64,000 bases of DNA from Vicugna vicugna (lineage: Eukaryota): the NCBI GenBank assembly GCA_013265495.1, contig MU057560.1, positions 1-64,000 on the forward strand. The letters are read 5' to 3'. How positions within the stretch are numbered: the stretch's first letter is position 1; each line of letters opens with the position of its first letter. Below are positions 49,655 to 62,290 of this stretch, in pieces. The translations under genes and the position numbers were made by a program. The notes beneath the pieces are model-generated. The model did not search any database, had not been told where the DNA came from, and saw nothing but the letters and a program-made list of their open reading frames with translations.

Positions 49655-50960
49655 ACAGCGGGGGGCGGGGAGGCCGGCCCTTCCGCGGGAGGGCCCACCA
49701 CCCCGAGCCCTCGCGCCGTCCCCGCGGGAGGGCTGCGGGAGCCCAGGTGGGCACCGCCTTGGGCAGGTGAGCAGGAAACCTCCAAGTTACTCTCGCGGTG
49801 TTTCCCGGGGGAGGAGAGCGTCCCTCTTCCCGAAGTCAGTCTGAGCCCCCACGAGGCTGCTTTTTAAGGGTGCCCCAGACACCGCGCTCCCCAAGGCCTG
49901 TCTCCGGGAACCGAGGGCCGGCTCGGGTTCCCGCAAACATGGACACGCGTTCCTCTCCTATTTTCACACTTACTACAGTCAGTCCGGGGGTGCGAGAGAG
50001 GAGGAGAGGGGTTCAGGTCAGTGGCCCTCCGAGCGTCTCCCTGTCTAGCCCCAGGCATCCCGTTCCGGCCGTGGTATCTGAATTTCCCCCGGAGAACGGC
50101 TGTCACTCTCAGCGCTGCGTTTTGGAGAGGACTCGGGTGGAGCAGTCAGCGCATCGCATTGCCGTGTCCACAGAGCGCGTTCAGGAGCAGGCGTGCAGCG
50201 CGTTCCGCGCGATGGCCTTCGTGCCCACGGCCTGCGCTTGAAGGGGTGCGTGTTTGGCGGGGGGCGGTGCTGGAGGAAGGGGCAGGTGGCCTGGAGCTGG
50301 CATCCGCCATCATGTCACCCGGCGGGCCCTGAGAACAAAGACAGCGAACGCGGGCTAGATCTGAGAGGAGAGGAGAAACGCGGCCATGGGGACGTTTTTG
50401 TCCTGAGCCCCACTGGCCCTGTGGCCAGCAAAGCCAGTGCACCCTGGACTTTTCGGTTACATCGCGTTGAAGTAGCTAAGCAGGAGGGGCTCCCGCGCCT
50501 CGGAGCTTATGAAGGCGAACGGAGACCCAGGCCACAGTCAGCACACTGGAACCCGAGACAGTGACGCCACCACACAGACGGCCGCGGGCGCTTCCCCGGC
50601 GAGGCAGCCGCCTCCTTGCTCTGCTTCCGGGGCTTCTCTGTAAAAAGCCGTCAGTGGAGCGTTCCGACCACTTCGGGTTTGGCGCTGCCCGGTTCTAACC
50701 TAGGACTGCCCAGAGGGCCTTGAGCCTTTTAATGCACCTCGCTTCGCCGTCTTACGGTGATGCGATCGTGCCGTGGCAAGTAGCAGCCACGCTTCTTCCC
50801 TCCGGGGGCGCCCAGGCTGTGTGATTACCCTCTTTCACTGCTGAGCGTGGCGGGAGGAACGCACAGGGAGCCGTGCTCGCCTCTCCCCTCCTTGATTCAT
50901 GAAATCCTCCTCTTGACACGCCCCCTCCCCCTCTGTCTGTCTGCCAGCCCGACCGCACTG
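49655..50960. promoter_or_regulatory. CpG-island-like GC peak (~1.3 kb)
   Basis: Sustained high CpG density, GC boxes (ggggcgggg near 49661, ggggcgg near 50260) and ETS-type cttccgg near 50624. No associated gene is visible. Confidence 0.45.
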
Positions 50961-52454
50961 GGGACTCCGAGGTCCTGCAGGAGGGCGACCACGTTGAAGG
51001 CTACCTGCCTACTAGTCCACTCGGGGCTTGGTGTGGGTGGGGAATAAATGTTTCTTGGGCTACACAACCCAACATTTGGGATTCCTTTAGTGACTTTTTA
51101 ATAGGGACAGTGCTCCTTTTCTTTCTGTCATTTTCAACCAAAATTTAATGAACTGTTGGTTTTGTATCTTTCCCTCTGTTTTTAAATAGCAGCACCAAAG
51201 GGGGAAACAAACATGAATGACCTGGTCCCCATTTGGCGACATGTGAAGTTTGCACACAGACTTTAATTTGACTTTTCAATGTGACCCACGGACTTCACAC
51301 ACCATATAAAGGAAGCAGGCAAAAGAATAAATGATGACATTATTTCCTGGCTTCAAAGAAAACATTCTGCATGCCAAGAAAATTTACTGGTTCATCTGTA
51401 ATTTGAAGACTTAAAAAGTCAGCTCCTGCTTCCTTTGGTATATGCTGGAATCACTACTATTTTTTAAGTGGTAATAAAAATAAAACTCTTCTTGATTCAA
51501 TTATGTATCGTATTACTTTCTTCCATAACTTAAAAAATTTCAGCTTATTTTCATACTAATATCTCTGGGATGTAGGTAACAGAACGCTAGCCTCATTTTA
51601 CAGATTGTGTAAATTCAGTCCCCCAAGGCAAGACATTTATCCATGCTTATTCCACAATTCGGATCTGTTTCCTAATCTGTGGTCTTTCAATTTTGCTGCT
51701 TATTTCTTAATGGTTTTAAATGATGCAACAATGTTAGCCCTTATATTTCTGTGGGTGAGAGATTAGAGGGCTGTTTGGGAGAGCTCTTAATGAGTCCACA
51801 GGAGAAGTCTCCAGATAAACGTGTTAAGTAGCTAATATTTCATTCCACTGGTACAACTGCCGCATGTTAAACCTGGAGGAGGCTTTCTGGTGAAAAAACT
51901 GTTACTAAATTCTACTCAATGGAACTTGTAAGTTCTTTCCACTCACCATACTAGAATTGTGAGAATTCAAAAACACACCTCAAATTTTTAAGATGTTTTT
52001 ATTGAAAGATTCCCATGGAGATTTCTGCTGTGGAGTACATGACACACTTAGATCACTAAGACGTTTTTACCACACACCCCACCCTGAGCTATTTCTGGAT
52101 TTATAGCAGTCTATTTCTTTGACTTACCACCTGGTTTTAAATGATTGAGTTTGTTCACACATGAGTGGACACAGTCTTATTAGAGTAAGTATTTGCTTCC
52201 TTTCTTCTGGACAAAACTATGTGCCTCTCCCTCCTAGGTCATCCCAAAAGGTTTTTCTCCCCAAGATTTTATCAAAATCATAATTGTTAAAATACATAAT
52301 TTTTTCAATTAGATTTTCTTTGTTCCATGTGTTCACACAAAATTTAATTCACTAATAACTTATTCCGTACCTACCTATGGCCAAGGAGTGAAGTGCCTGT
52401 GTAATTCGCTAATCTGCGTGTCAACAGTCATATTTGATCTTTTAACAATGCTTG

Positions 52455-53975
52455 TTAAGCAGTTTTATTGAGATATAATTGGCATATCATACAATCACCC
52501 CATTTAAAATGTAATAGTTCTTTTTTAGTATTTTCACAGTCAATTTCAGACTTTTTTTTATTGATTTATAATCATTTTACAATGTTGTGTCAAATTCCAG
52601 CGTAGAGCACAATTTTTCAGTTCTACATGACCATACATATATTCATTGTCACATTTTTTTCTCTGTGAGCTACCATAAGATCTTGTGTATATCTCCCTGT
52701 GCTGTACAGTATAGTCTTGTTTATCTATTCTACAATTTTGAAATCCCATCTATCCCTTCCCACCCTTCGGCCCCTTGGCAACCACGAGTTTGGACTATTT
52801 TTATCACCTCAATAAGGGATCCATAGATTTTTGCTCTAACCTCCCATTCCCTTACCCCAGTCACCCCAGCCCTGAGCAATCACTGACCTACTCTCAGTTT
52901 CTCCAGACATTTCATACAAAGGGAATCGTGTAATAGGTGGTCTTTTATGATGGGCTCGTTTCACTTCATGTAGTGTTTTCCAAGTTCATCCATGGTACGG
53001 CATCTGCCAGTGCTGTATGCGCCTGACCTTCCGGCAATTCTGAGTCCTGCTGCTGTAAGCAGGTGGGTGTGCATTCTGTGTAGACACGTTTTCATTTCTC
53101 TCGGGTACATGACTAGGTGTGAGATTTCTAAGTCATATGGTAACTGTATGTTTAACTATTTAGGGAAGGAGCTGCTGGACTGTTCTCCAGAGTGGTTGTC
53201 CCGCCTTGCGTTCCTGTCGGCAGTGTGTGTGGGTTCTGGTCTTTCCTCGTCCTCATCAACACTTGTTATTATGTTTTTTGTTTTTTGTTTTCAGTTGTTC
53301 AAGAGGATGTGAAGTGCTCTCTCATTCTGGATTTGATTTACATTTACCTGATGGCCAATGACCTTGAACATCTTTTCATCTGCTTACTGACCATTTGTAT
53401 AACTTCCTGGGAGAATTACTTACTGAGATCTTTCATCCATTTTTTAACTGTGTTGTTTTTTTCTTACTGAGGTATAAGTAGTTTTCTAAAAATACATTCT
53501 AGATAAAAGAACATTCTCAGGTATATAATTTGTGAATGTTTTCTCCCATTCTGTGGGTTTTTTTTTTACTTTCTAGGTAGTGTCCTTTGAAGCACAAATG
53601 TTGACAAAGTCCAATTTATCAACATTTTTCCTGTGTTACATAGGCTTTTGGTGTCATATCTAAAAACTCATGCCAAATCCAAGGTCATGAAGACTTACCC
53701 CAATTCTTTTTGTTCCCTGAGAGCTTAACTCTTACATTTAACTCTTTGATCTGTTTTGAGTTAGATTTCTATGTGGTACAGAGTAAGGGTCCAAGCTCAT
53801 TCTTCTGTAGCTGGCTGTCCAGTTGTCCCAGTTACCACTTGGCATCCTTGTCAAAGGTCAATGGGCCATAGACGTGTCAGTTTATTTCTAGACTCTCGAT
53901 TCTATTCGACTGCTGTATATGTCTGCCTCCATGTAAGTATAGCGCTGTCTTGGTTACTGTAGTAAGTTTTGTCTG
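52455..53975 (-). mobile_element. Old L1 (L1MB-like) 3' region, antisense
   Basis: ttttattgagatataattggcatatcatacaatcacccatttaaa...gtcatatggtaactgtatgtttaac...ttttctcccattctgtggg...ttttggtgtcatatctaa...gccaaatccaaggtcatgaag. Confidence 0.85.
52552..52791 (-). mobile_element. Young camelid L1 3' tail nested in the L1MB element
   Basis: ttttttattgatttataatcattttacaatgttgtgtcaaattccag...ctctgtgagctaccataagatcttgtgtatat...ccccttggcaaccac. It interrupts the host at caatttcagact/attttatcacc. Confidence 0.88.
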
Positions 53976-54271
53976 TCTTAATTACTGGAGTAAATCTAAG
54001 TAAGCTTTGAGATCAGTAAGTGTGAATTATCCAACTTTCTTCTTCTTTTTCAAGAATTTTTTTTAAGAGGCAGCTATTCTGGCCCTTGGCGGGTCCCACC
54101 CTTTTTCTCTCAGCTTCTGTAAGAGACATTAAATTACACACAGGTGACTCTCCAAGCCACAGCCCTGCAGCTGTGGGCAGGGACAATGACAGGGTCCCAC
54201 TGAGTGACCCGCTTGAAAAGCTGAGCACTTTTCAAAACTGATGTTTTGTTTCTTGTTTTTTGTGTGTGTGC

Positions 54272-54395
54272 CTTTTTGGATCTACACCCAGGAGTGGAGC
54301 TGCTGGGTCATATGGTAGTTCTATTTTTACTTTTTTGAAAAGCTCGCATTTTGTTCCCCTTCGTGGCCGTGCCAGCTTGCGTCCTCACCAGTTTT
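54272..54395 (-). mobile_element. L1 ORF2-3' fragment
   Basis: ttttggatctacacccaggagtggagctgctgggtcatatggtagttctatttttac. Confidence 0.8.
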
Positions 54396-56924
54396 CACTG
54401 GCCTGGGCTTGAGGGCCCTGTCGCTCCATCGTGCTGGAACTGGGACTCCCTAGCAAGTTGTTGGATGGTCCTTCTTGCTGAAGAGATGGAGGGTTTTTGG
54501 AACATGTCAGCCTTGCTGCATCTCAATTGTCACATTTGTTGTAACGATTAGATAAGATAATGCTTGAAAAAAGAGGTAAATGGTAAAATATCAAGCACGC
54601 TCGTTCAGCGTACCCCTCACTGGCTACAGCGCGCTGAGGATGGCCGAGTTTCCAGCGCGCCCCCGGGCCTCCCGCCTCTGCAACCAGCCTGGTGTCGGGC
54701 ACCTCTCATCGGGGTCATGGGCGGTCGGGGGCACGGGCTCAACCCTGGGACCTGGCTTCCCTGTCTGTGTGGTGACTCGCTCAGTTTGCAGGTCAGACTA
54801 TTCAGTTCTGCCCATCTTCCCTCTGGTTCAGTCACCACTGGAAAACAGGAAGCCATTGCCCTCCTACCTGGGACCTGCTCTGAATGCGGATGGCGGGGGG
54901 GATGTGTGCGTTGCCCTCGCCGCTTCTGTCCCAGTTTCTCTCCTCAGGATGAAGACCCTTTGCCCTTCTGCTGTTTGAATGGCTGCTGTTTTCCAGGCGA
55001 TTCTGCTAATTTGGGGAGGGACTGAAGACGATGTCTTAAGATTTGACTCTTGCTTTCCAGCAATTAACCATCTAGATCGGAAGGCAGACTCGCACAAGGT
55101 AAATAGGGTTTTCAAGCTGAATGAAGTGGAAAGAAAAAGAGATGCAGTAAGAGACCCATCAGGCAGAGGAAAGGAGTTAGTATCAGCGCTCAGGGAACCC
55201 TAACTCAGCTGTGGCTCCCCAAACCTGTGCTGGAAAAGAGCAGCGGCGACAGCAGGTGGGTTGGGGGGCTGCAAAGGGCTCGGACGGCCTGCATACGCCC
55301 AGGGAAGAGAGGCGGCCTCAGGGGTTTTTGAGCAAGTGAGGGACATGAGGCCGTCCTTAACTCCCATGTGAACTGTGGGAGCTGTGTGAGCGAGGGAGTG
55401 GTGGGCCACGAGGGGTTGGAGGGGGCACAAATTAAAAACAATTCCTACTTTGTCCCCAACTGGTTGAGGGTTCCTTGCTTCCCTTTAGAGCATGACTTTG
55501 ATGGGAAAGCACTGAAGTGGATGACGACCCAGGTCCTTTCCATCAGTTCTCCTGCTCTTTCTGGTCTCCCCGAGTCTCTCACCGATGTGACGTGGTCGTC
55601 CCCCTTCATTGTTTAACACTGATCTTAAACACATGCATCCTGGCTGTTAGATTTCTAAAATGCTGTGTCCAGGGCTACTGCCAAGCACATTTTCTTACGT
55701 CTAAGAGGTATTTGATATACTCAGGATGCTGGCGTTAAATGGTAACTATTTAAATGCAATCTTTTTTGAAGTTGCCCTGTTACATGTTAGCCGTTACCAC
55801 AATTCATTAGCCCCACTGAGGGGCTCGATGGGTCAGCGGCAAGACGACAGTTGGGGTGCACCACCTTGTCGGCACTGCGGATTAGAGGCAGGCCAGCCAT
55901 GGAAGTGAGGATGTGGGTCACACAAACATGGCTTCAGGGGGGACGACTGAGGACGGAGCAGAGAGGCTTATCAGAGGCTGGCGGCAGCACCCCCGCCCGA
56001 GGAAGGCTGCAGAGACAATATCAAGATTTCTAAGGAAATGGTTCAGTAGTCATGGCAAAGCCAGAAATGGTGTTCTAAGCAAAGGCTTGATGTGAGATTG
56101 GCAGCTTGAAAAGAGCAAGGGATTTTTCCAATGGACAAAATGAACAGCGACCTTAATCATGACAAGAGGCACAGCTTGGGGAGGTAACAGCACGCGGAGA
56201 CTCGGCGCCCTCCAGTGCCAATGGGCGTGATGTATCATCAAGTAATTGGGAAGGTGAAGGTGGTTCATAAAGAGTGCCTATCGAAGATAAATTTATTACT
56301 ATCTTAATAACTGTGGTGAACCTCTGTTTCAGAGTTTATAGAACCATCTTCATCTCCAATCCCCTGTAATCCTCCTACCCCAGTTCACACCTGTCAGACT
56401 ATAAATCTCAGTTTTCTGTTGGAACAGTACAGCATGTGTGAGAGGCTAGGGGAAGTTTTGGGTGTGGAGTGAACTCAATGGATGGAAACACAACTTCAGG
56501 ATAAAGGCAATGAATAATGGCTTTTGAAAATCAAATGATGTTAAAATCAGGAGGCAAAATTTGGGGTCCAAGTTTAAAAACACCCAATATGTGTATTATA
56601 AGGAAGAACGCACAAGGTAATGAACAGGTGTCTCCTAATGGTAAATTGTTTCATACACACACATGCATGTATGTGCATACAGTCTGCATTCATTAAAAAG
56701 AGAGGAATTCGATTAAACCAGTAACCCGGAGTCACAGCATGTGGGTGGCCGTGTCTAGAACACTGCAAGGTCCCATGAACAGCTGAGGCCTCCAGGCCAT
56801 CTTTCTGCTCCTAGCTCTTTTGTTGTTGAAGACAATTTCAGTGTCGGCTGAATAATCCAGCCAGCAGGTGGCTCCTAAGGGACAGCATGGATCACACATC
56901 CCTGTTGTTTGCATGCCTCTTTTT

Positions 56925-57850
56925 TTTTTTTTATTAAAAAGTGGGCATCTTAGATAATATATTTTAACAACAGGGACATTGATTCCCACCCCCCACCCTT
57001 CTCAGGGCTCGTCCTTGTCACTTGCTCATGTCTATGTCTTGTGACCTGAATAGGCGATTTCAGGGGAGCCTCTTTCCTAAGCCCTGTGAGGTGTCTGAGG
57101 TCACTGCCCTGCGGGCCCTGCCCCGGACGTGTGTTCAGGACCGTCTCCCGGAGGTGACGGTGGTTTCCGTGGGCTCCTCGTGACTGTCCCTTTCCCTGGT
57201 CTTTTTGTTAAGTTCACTGTCACTTTTGGTATCACACCCAGCTCTTGGGCTCCACCAATGCTGACTGCGTATTGTCTTCAACAATGTCCTGGGGCATGAA
57301 TTACTCTGCCTTCTAATCTGACTAAGCCTGCGCCCTTTTTGCAGAGGTTTTTTTTGAGGGCAGTACTTGGGATTTGTTCTGAAACATCTTCCTGGCTTTC
57401 GTCTTGGCTGGTTCTTTCTGGTAAGTTGGCTGGACTACCATTTAGCTCTTCGCTCTCTTGGGGTTGCTGGCTTCTTAATTACTTACCGCCAGAATCTCCA
57501 TTGTTTTTGAGAAAGTCTCTGGGCTTGAACCACACCATATTCTGTCCTGAATAAAGGCAATTTCTTTGGGGAGAACTGACCTCCATGTTATGTTGGCCTG
57601 TGTTTCTCTCTCCCCTTGAGCAAAGTCTCTGAGCCACTCCTCCAGAGCTGGGGACTGGAACAGTGGCCTGCTTCTCTTGGAATGCCATCCCAGCTCCATA
57701 AGGTGATCTCTGGGTGGAGGTGACAGTCTGCGGGCTTCTTGACCCTGGTATGGGACCTCTACCCTAAGGGGAACTGGAGCAATGGCTATTGGATTAACAG
57801 GTTTCTGCACCTGGGGTGGAGCCTCTGTCCCATGGGGCTAGGGTCATTTC
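56925..57850 (-). mobile_element. Old L1 5'-region (L1M 5end-like) fragment
   Basis: gggcatcttagataatatatt...gaggtcactgccct...gtgacggtggttt...gactgtccctttccctg...ttggtatcacacccagct resembles recalled antisense L1M 5' consensus text. Confidence 0.55.
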
Positions 57851-58439
57851 CTCTTCCCAGCCTCTTCCCAGCCTCTACAGGTTAGCAGGAATGGGGTGAG
57901 AAATGGTGCTCATCTTGCCTTTCAGTACTGTAAGCTGCTTCCCTTTGTCTCCTCCAAAAACTGAAACATTTTCTGCATGAGACAACGACTTGTTGCTAAT
58001 GGTCTGTCAGGCAGGTGAACAAAAATGTCTAAGGCATAGTTATGTTCACGGCTTCAGCCTTGGCATTTAAGTTAATCTGGAAAACACTCGCTTTCCCAAG
58101 AGCTCTTACCTAACCGGGACCAGGGCTCAGCCACGGCTCACTGGCAGGCTTTGTGGTACTCAAATTTCAGCCGGGAGTGTCACCTGACAACCGTGAACTC
58201 GTTGCTTTGCCTTGTGTCTGCGGGAGGGGGAAGCTTCACAGAGCCTGGCGTTTGTCAGGTGAATCTGCTAGCAGAGGAATCTCATTTCAGGTCGTGTTCA
58301 CAGCTCCGTAGTTCCGTTTTCACAGCTTTTCATTACTATTCTACCTTCTGTTTCCATAGAGGCGAGTTTAAGGATTGTTTCTTCAAACTGAGAAAATCGA
58401 TGTGCTCCCTCAATATCAGCAGTATCGGGAAAGTCGACA

Positions 58440-58600
58440 ATTCTTTCATTCACTTATTTACAAATGGTTTATTGAGTCTTTACTACATGAAAGTCATGTG
58501 CTGGGAGCTGGGGATCCAGTGGTGACCCAGTCCAGATCTGACCAGCACTCCAATGGAGCTTACAGTCTGGAGAGCAAAGTGGACATCAGTGAAAAATATC
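58440..58600 (-). mobile_element. L2 3' end, antisense
   Basis: ttcattcacttatttacaaatggtttattgagtctttactacatg...gtgctgggagctggggatccagtggtga...atggagcttacagtctgg. Confidence 0.75.
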
Positions 58601-59513
58601 ACACAGAAAACAGATCTTTCTGGAAATGCAGAGACTATGAGCGTTTACTGGTTTGCCATCTTCACACAAGACTTTTAGTTCCATCCACATCTTCTGTAAT
58701 AGTGTAGGGGGATTTCAGATGACCACTCTTGGTTGCTGTTGCTAAGCCTCGGATGCTGCATTAAATTGCATATGGTAATATATGTAAGGTGCACACAGAA
58801 CGCCTGACGTTTAGTAGGTGAGCCACAGGCATCAGTTTCCTTCCAAGTCCTGTTTTCTTTGCCAAAAGGGAAAGAAAAAAAAATGATGTTCTAGCCGAGA
58901 TATTGCTTATCTCTGGCTATTAAAATGCTGCATTGTGTCCAGCCTTTCAACTTAGACTATTTCAGCTTTGCCAAGAAGAGGCCAATGTGCAGTTTACATT
59001 TCTCACCATCTTGGAAATGCTGGGTTGCTTCACTTCAATGGAATTAAGGCAGAAATCTTCTTGAGTCATGCTGTAAAAGATCCCCCAAACTGGAGTCTAC
59101 ACCTGAGGTTCAGTAGACGTATTTTATGGGGAGTCAGGAAGTCTTTACAAGAATTTCAAATTCTACACTGATATTATATCTACCTGTGTCTCTGTCTATC
59201 TGTCCACCACCATCATCATCCTCGTCTGTCTATCATCTGTCTATCACTATGTACGTGCGTATATCTACACCCATCTCTCTGTATGTCCTCATACCCTAAT
59301 CGTTCAGGTAACCTGCATTTGTGTTCATGATTACACTGATGTCAAAGGATCACAGAAACTGCTCACCTCTAACTTCTAATGCATTTTTTTCACCCAGAAT
59401 CTATGGCTCTGTGAGCTTTTTCCCCTTCTCTCTCCTTGCAACAATCTCCCTTTTATCTTGTTTTGTTAACTTCTTCTGTGTGATAATATTACTACTTTTT
59501 AGGAAAGAGTGTC

Positions 59514-59535
59514 TGTGTGTGTGTGTGTGTGTGTG
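59514..59535. repeat. (TG)n microsatellite
   Basis: Uninterrupted tg run. Confidence 0.95.
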
Positions 59536-60029
59536 CTCGCGCACACACTCTTGCCTGCATGCTTCCTGTGTGGATGTTAGTGAACACATGTTTGTTTGCT
59601 GGGGGGCTGTGAATGTCTTTGTTTTTTCTATGCTGGAGAAACACAGCTTGGCAGGCCAAAGACTGGACAATCTGGACTTTGGGACATAAACTCTTAAGAT
59701 TGTCTGACTTGGTTGGTAGAGAAAACATCACACTGGCTCATTTTCTCCTAAATACCGTGGGTGATCTTTCTGAGCCTGCTTTATCAAGGGCGGATGTTAA
59801 TCCTGAAGCTTCTCTTGTGCAGAGGAGAGGATGAGGGTAGGAGAGGGGATGTGGGATGAGGGGAGAAATTTCCTTTTTTGGGGGGGCTGGTGGATCGTTA
59901 GGCAAGGCTCTAAGCCACAGAGATGCACGAGGGCATTCCTAAGAGCAAGGGGGCACTTTTATCCAGCTGTTTGGACAGAACCAAGAAGCCAATGCAAAAG
60001 GGACCTCCGGGGCTCTAGAGGAGGGCATA

Positions 60030-60680
60030 GTGACCATCACAACTGGCACATTCCATCAACCCAAAAGTTATGCATTCCCTTCGCAGTCAGTCCCCCTACC
60101 TTGACTCTGGCCATCACTGATCTTCTTTTTATCTCTACATATTAGTTTTTTTCCTTAGAATTTCACAGAAGTGCGTTCATACAGAACAAACTACCGCATA
60201 TCTTTTTTCTCTTGTTCAGTATAATGGTTTTGATACTTGTTCACGTTGCTGTGGACATTAGTAATTCAATTCTTTTTATTGCTGAATAATGTTCTATTGT
60301 ATGATTGCAATTTAGCTGCTCAACTGCTGATGAACGCTTGGGTTGTTTCCCCATGTTTGTGATTATGCGAGAAGCTGGTACGATTTTTCTCATACGAATC
60401 CCGTGTGAACATGTTTTTATTTCGGGGGGATTGTTAGGTCATATGCTAGCTGTATATGAAATGTATATGAAATACGACACTGTCAAACTCTTTTCCAAAG
60501 CTGACCTACCATTTTGGAACCCCCCCAGCACTGGAGGAGAATTCAAGTCGTTTTCTATCTTTGCCAATACTTGACATTGTTGTCATTTTCAGTTCCTTTT
60601 TTTCTTTTTAAATTTATTGATTATTAATTTAATGGAGTCATTCTTGTGGACGTCCAGGGGTATTTTGCATTTCCCTGCAA
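60030..60680 (-). mobile_element. Old L1 (L1ME/L1MB-like) 3' fragment, antisense
   Basis: cattccatcaacccaaaag...tctttttattgctgaataatgttctattgtatg...gatgaacgcttgggttgtttcc...tctttgccaatacttg. Confidence 0.75.
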
Positions 60681-62159
60681 ATTTCTACCAGTTGAGCAGG
60701 CCAGTGGGGACTCCAAGTCATAATAATTTCAGGATGAAGAAAGGGCTGTTATCACTTTTTGTAATCAGAGGATGATGAAATGTGTGACATATGGAATACA
60801 TAAAACAATGATGTTTCTCTTAAAAATCAAGACCAGGAACAATATGACGTGGAAAAGAGACTTCACAACCTCCTTTCCTTACTGCCAAGCACATGACTGA
60901 GGAGGAGCTGGAGCATTTTTGCCAAGAGAGAGTAACCGTGCATACTGTAAGGCTAACTCCGCTCCTCCTGGTCTTGGGATTCTGACACCAAAACTGGGGA
61001 AACTGCTATTCCTCTTGGTTGTCGCTGTCACTCTGGACTTAAACTGTGAGATCTTCCTGGACAGCGGTCCCCAGGGTGCTGGAATTACACACGTGCAGGC
61101 TCTGTAATTGCTGCACTTCTCATTAAGCAAGAATTTATTAGCAGAGAGAGTTGAAGGGATTTTTGGCTCCCTCAAAAGTGTATGTTTCTTGCCAGTATTT
61201 TGAGGGAAGACTCTTAGAGAATTATTAAACATTAATTGTTTGGATGTATTATTATTACTATTATGTAGGATTTTAGTTTAAATGAAAACCAGATTCTGTC
61301 ACCTGTGTTTTTAGTTAGAGTAAATATGCATCCACTCTGCTCATCAATTCTTCTTCTTTTTTTTTCATCCAACACTGGTGGGAACTAAATTCTTAGAAAA
61401 CAATGTTTGGTATAGCATTGCAAGTCTGACTTGGTTTAACGCACTGTAAGAAACCATTGTTCAAAATGAGAATCCTCAGTGACGCTTGCACTGTGAGGTT
61501 TCCCACGCCAGGTTAGATAGAACTCAGATTTTGCTGCGCCTTGCTCTTCTGATCTATATTCATGTGACTGGAAGCTTACCCCTCAATAGGTTTATATAAT
61601 CAGCAACTGTGGGGTCTTGAGAGACAGTTCCATGCGAGCGGCATCACTTGCAGTCAGCCTCGTCCTTATCCTAATGAAATCTCACCGTGGAGAAATGAGC
61701 TGGCTCTCTCTGAAACAGGACCCCCACTCTCCAGCAGCAAGCTCACTTTCCAGAGCCCGGCTCGGTCAAGGCTGGAGACCTAGGGTAACAACAGGCAGAG
61801 GTTAGAGTGAGGAGGCGGGAGTGAGAACACTGAGTGAGCAGAACGGAAGCATGAGAAAGCATCTGAGTTTTCCACTATATTTTGAATAATCCTTTTGGCC
61901 TAAAGACAATTGGGCTAACAGGCAGGATGGTCCAGACCGGAACGGCAACAGGAATCAGGAAACCTGAGGGATTTACAGGGAAGAGTCAAAAGATCTGGGG
62001 ATCTGTTTCTCTCTCTACTCCCCCTCTTCCCACTCCACCAGGCTCAGCTCCTAGCAAGCCTCGGACCCCTGGGCCCTGCTCTTTAGGAGACGGGGTGGGA
62101 GGGGGTGGGGTTCATTTTCCTTGAGATATCAAGATACAGCACCAGTCCCTCCCTTATTA

Positions 62160-62290
62160 GCTCTATGATTTAATTTCTCTGGGCCTTGCTTTCTTCACCA
62201 ATAAAACAGATTATAATCACCAGTTGCTCTGAGGATCAAATAGGAATGAATGCAAAAGTGCTTTTTAAACCATGGAAGAAAGAACAAATA
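62160..62290 (+). mobile_element. MIR fragment
   Basis: ttaatttctctgggccttgctttcttcaccaataaaacagattataat...tgaggatcaaatagg...tgcaaaagtgcttt. Confidence 0.6.
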
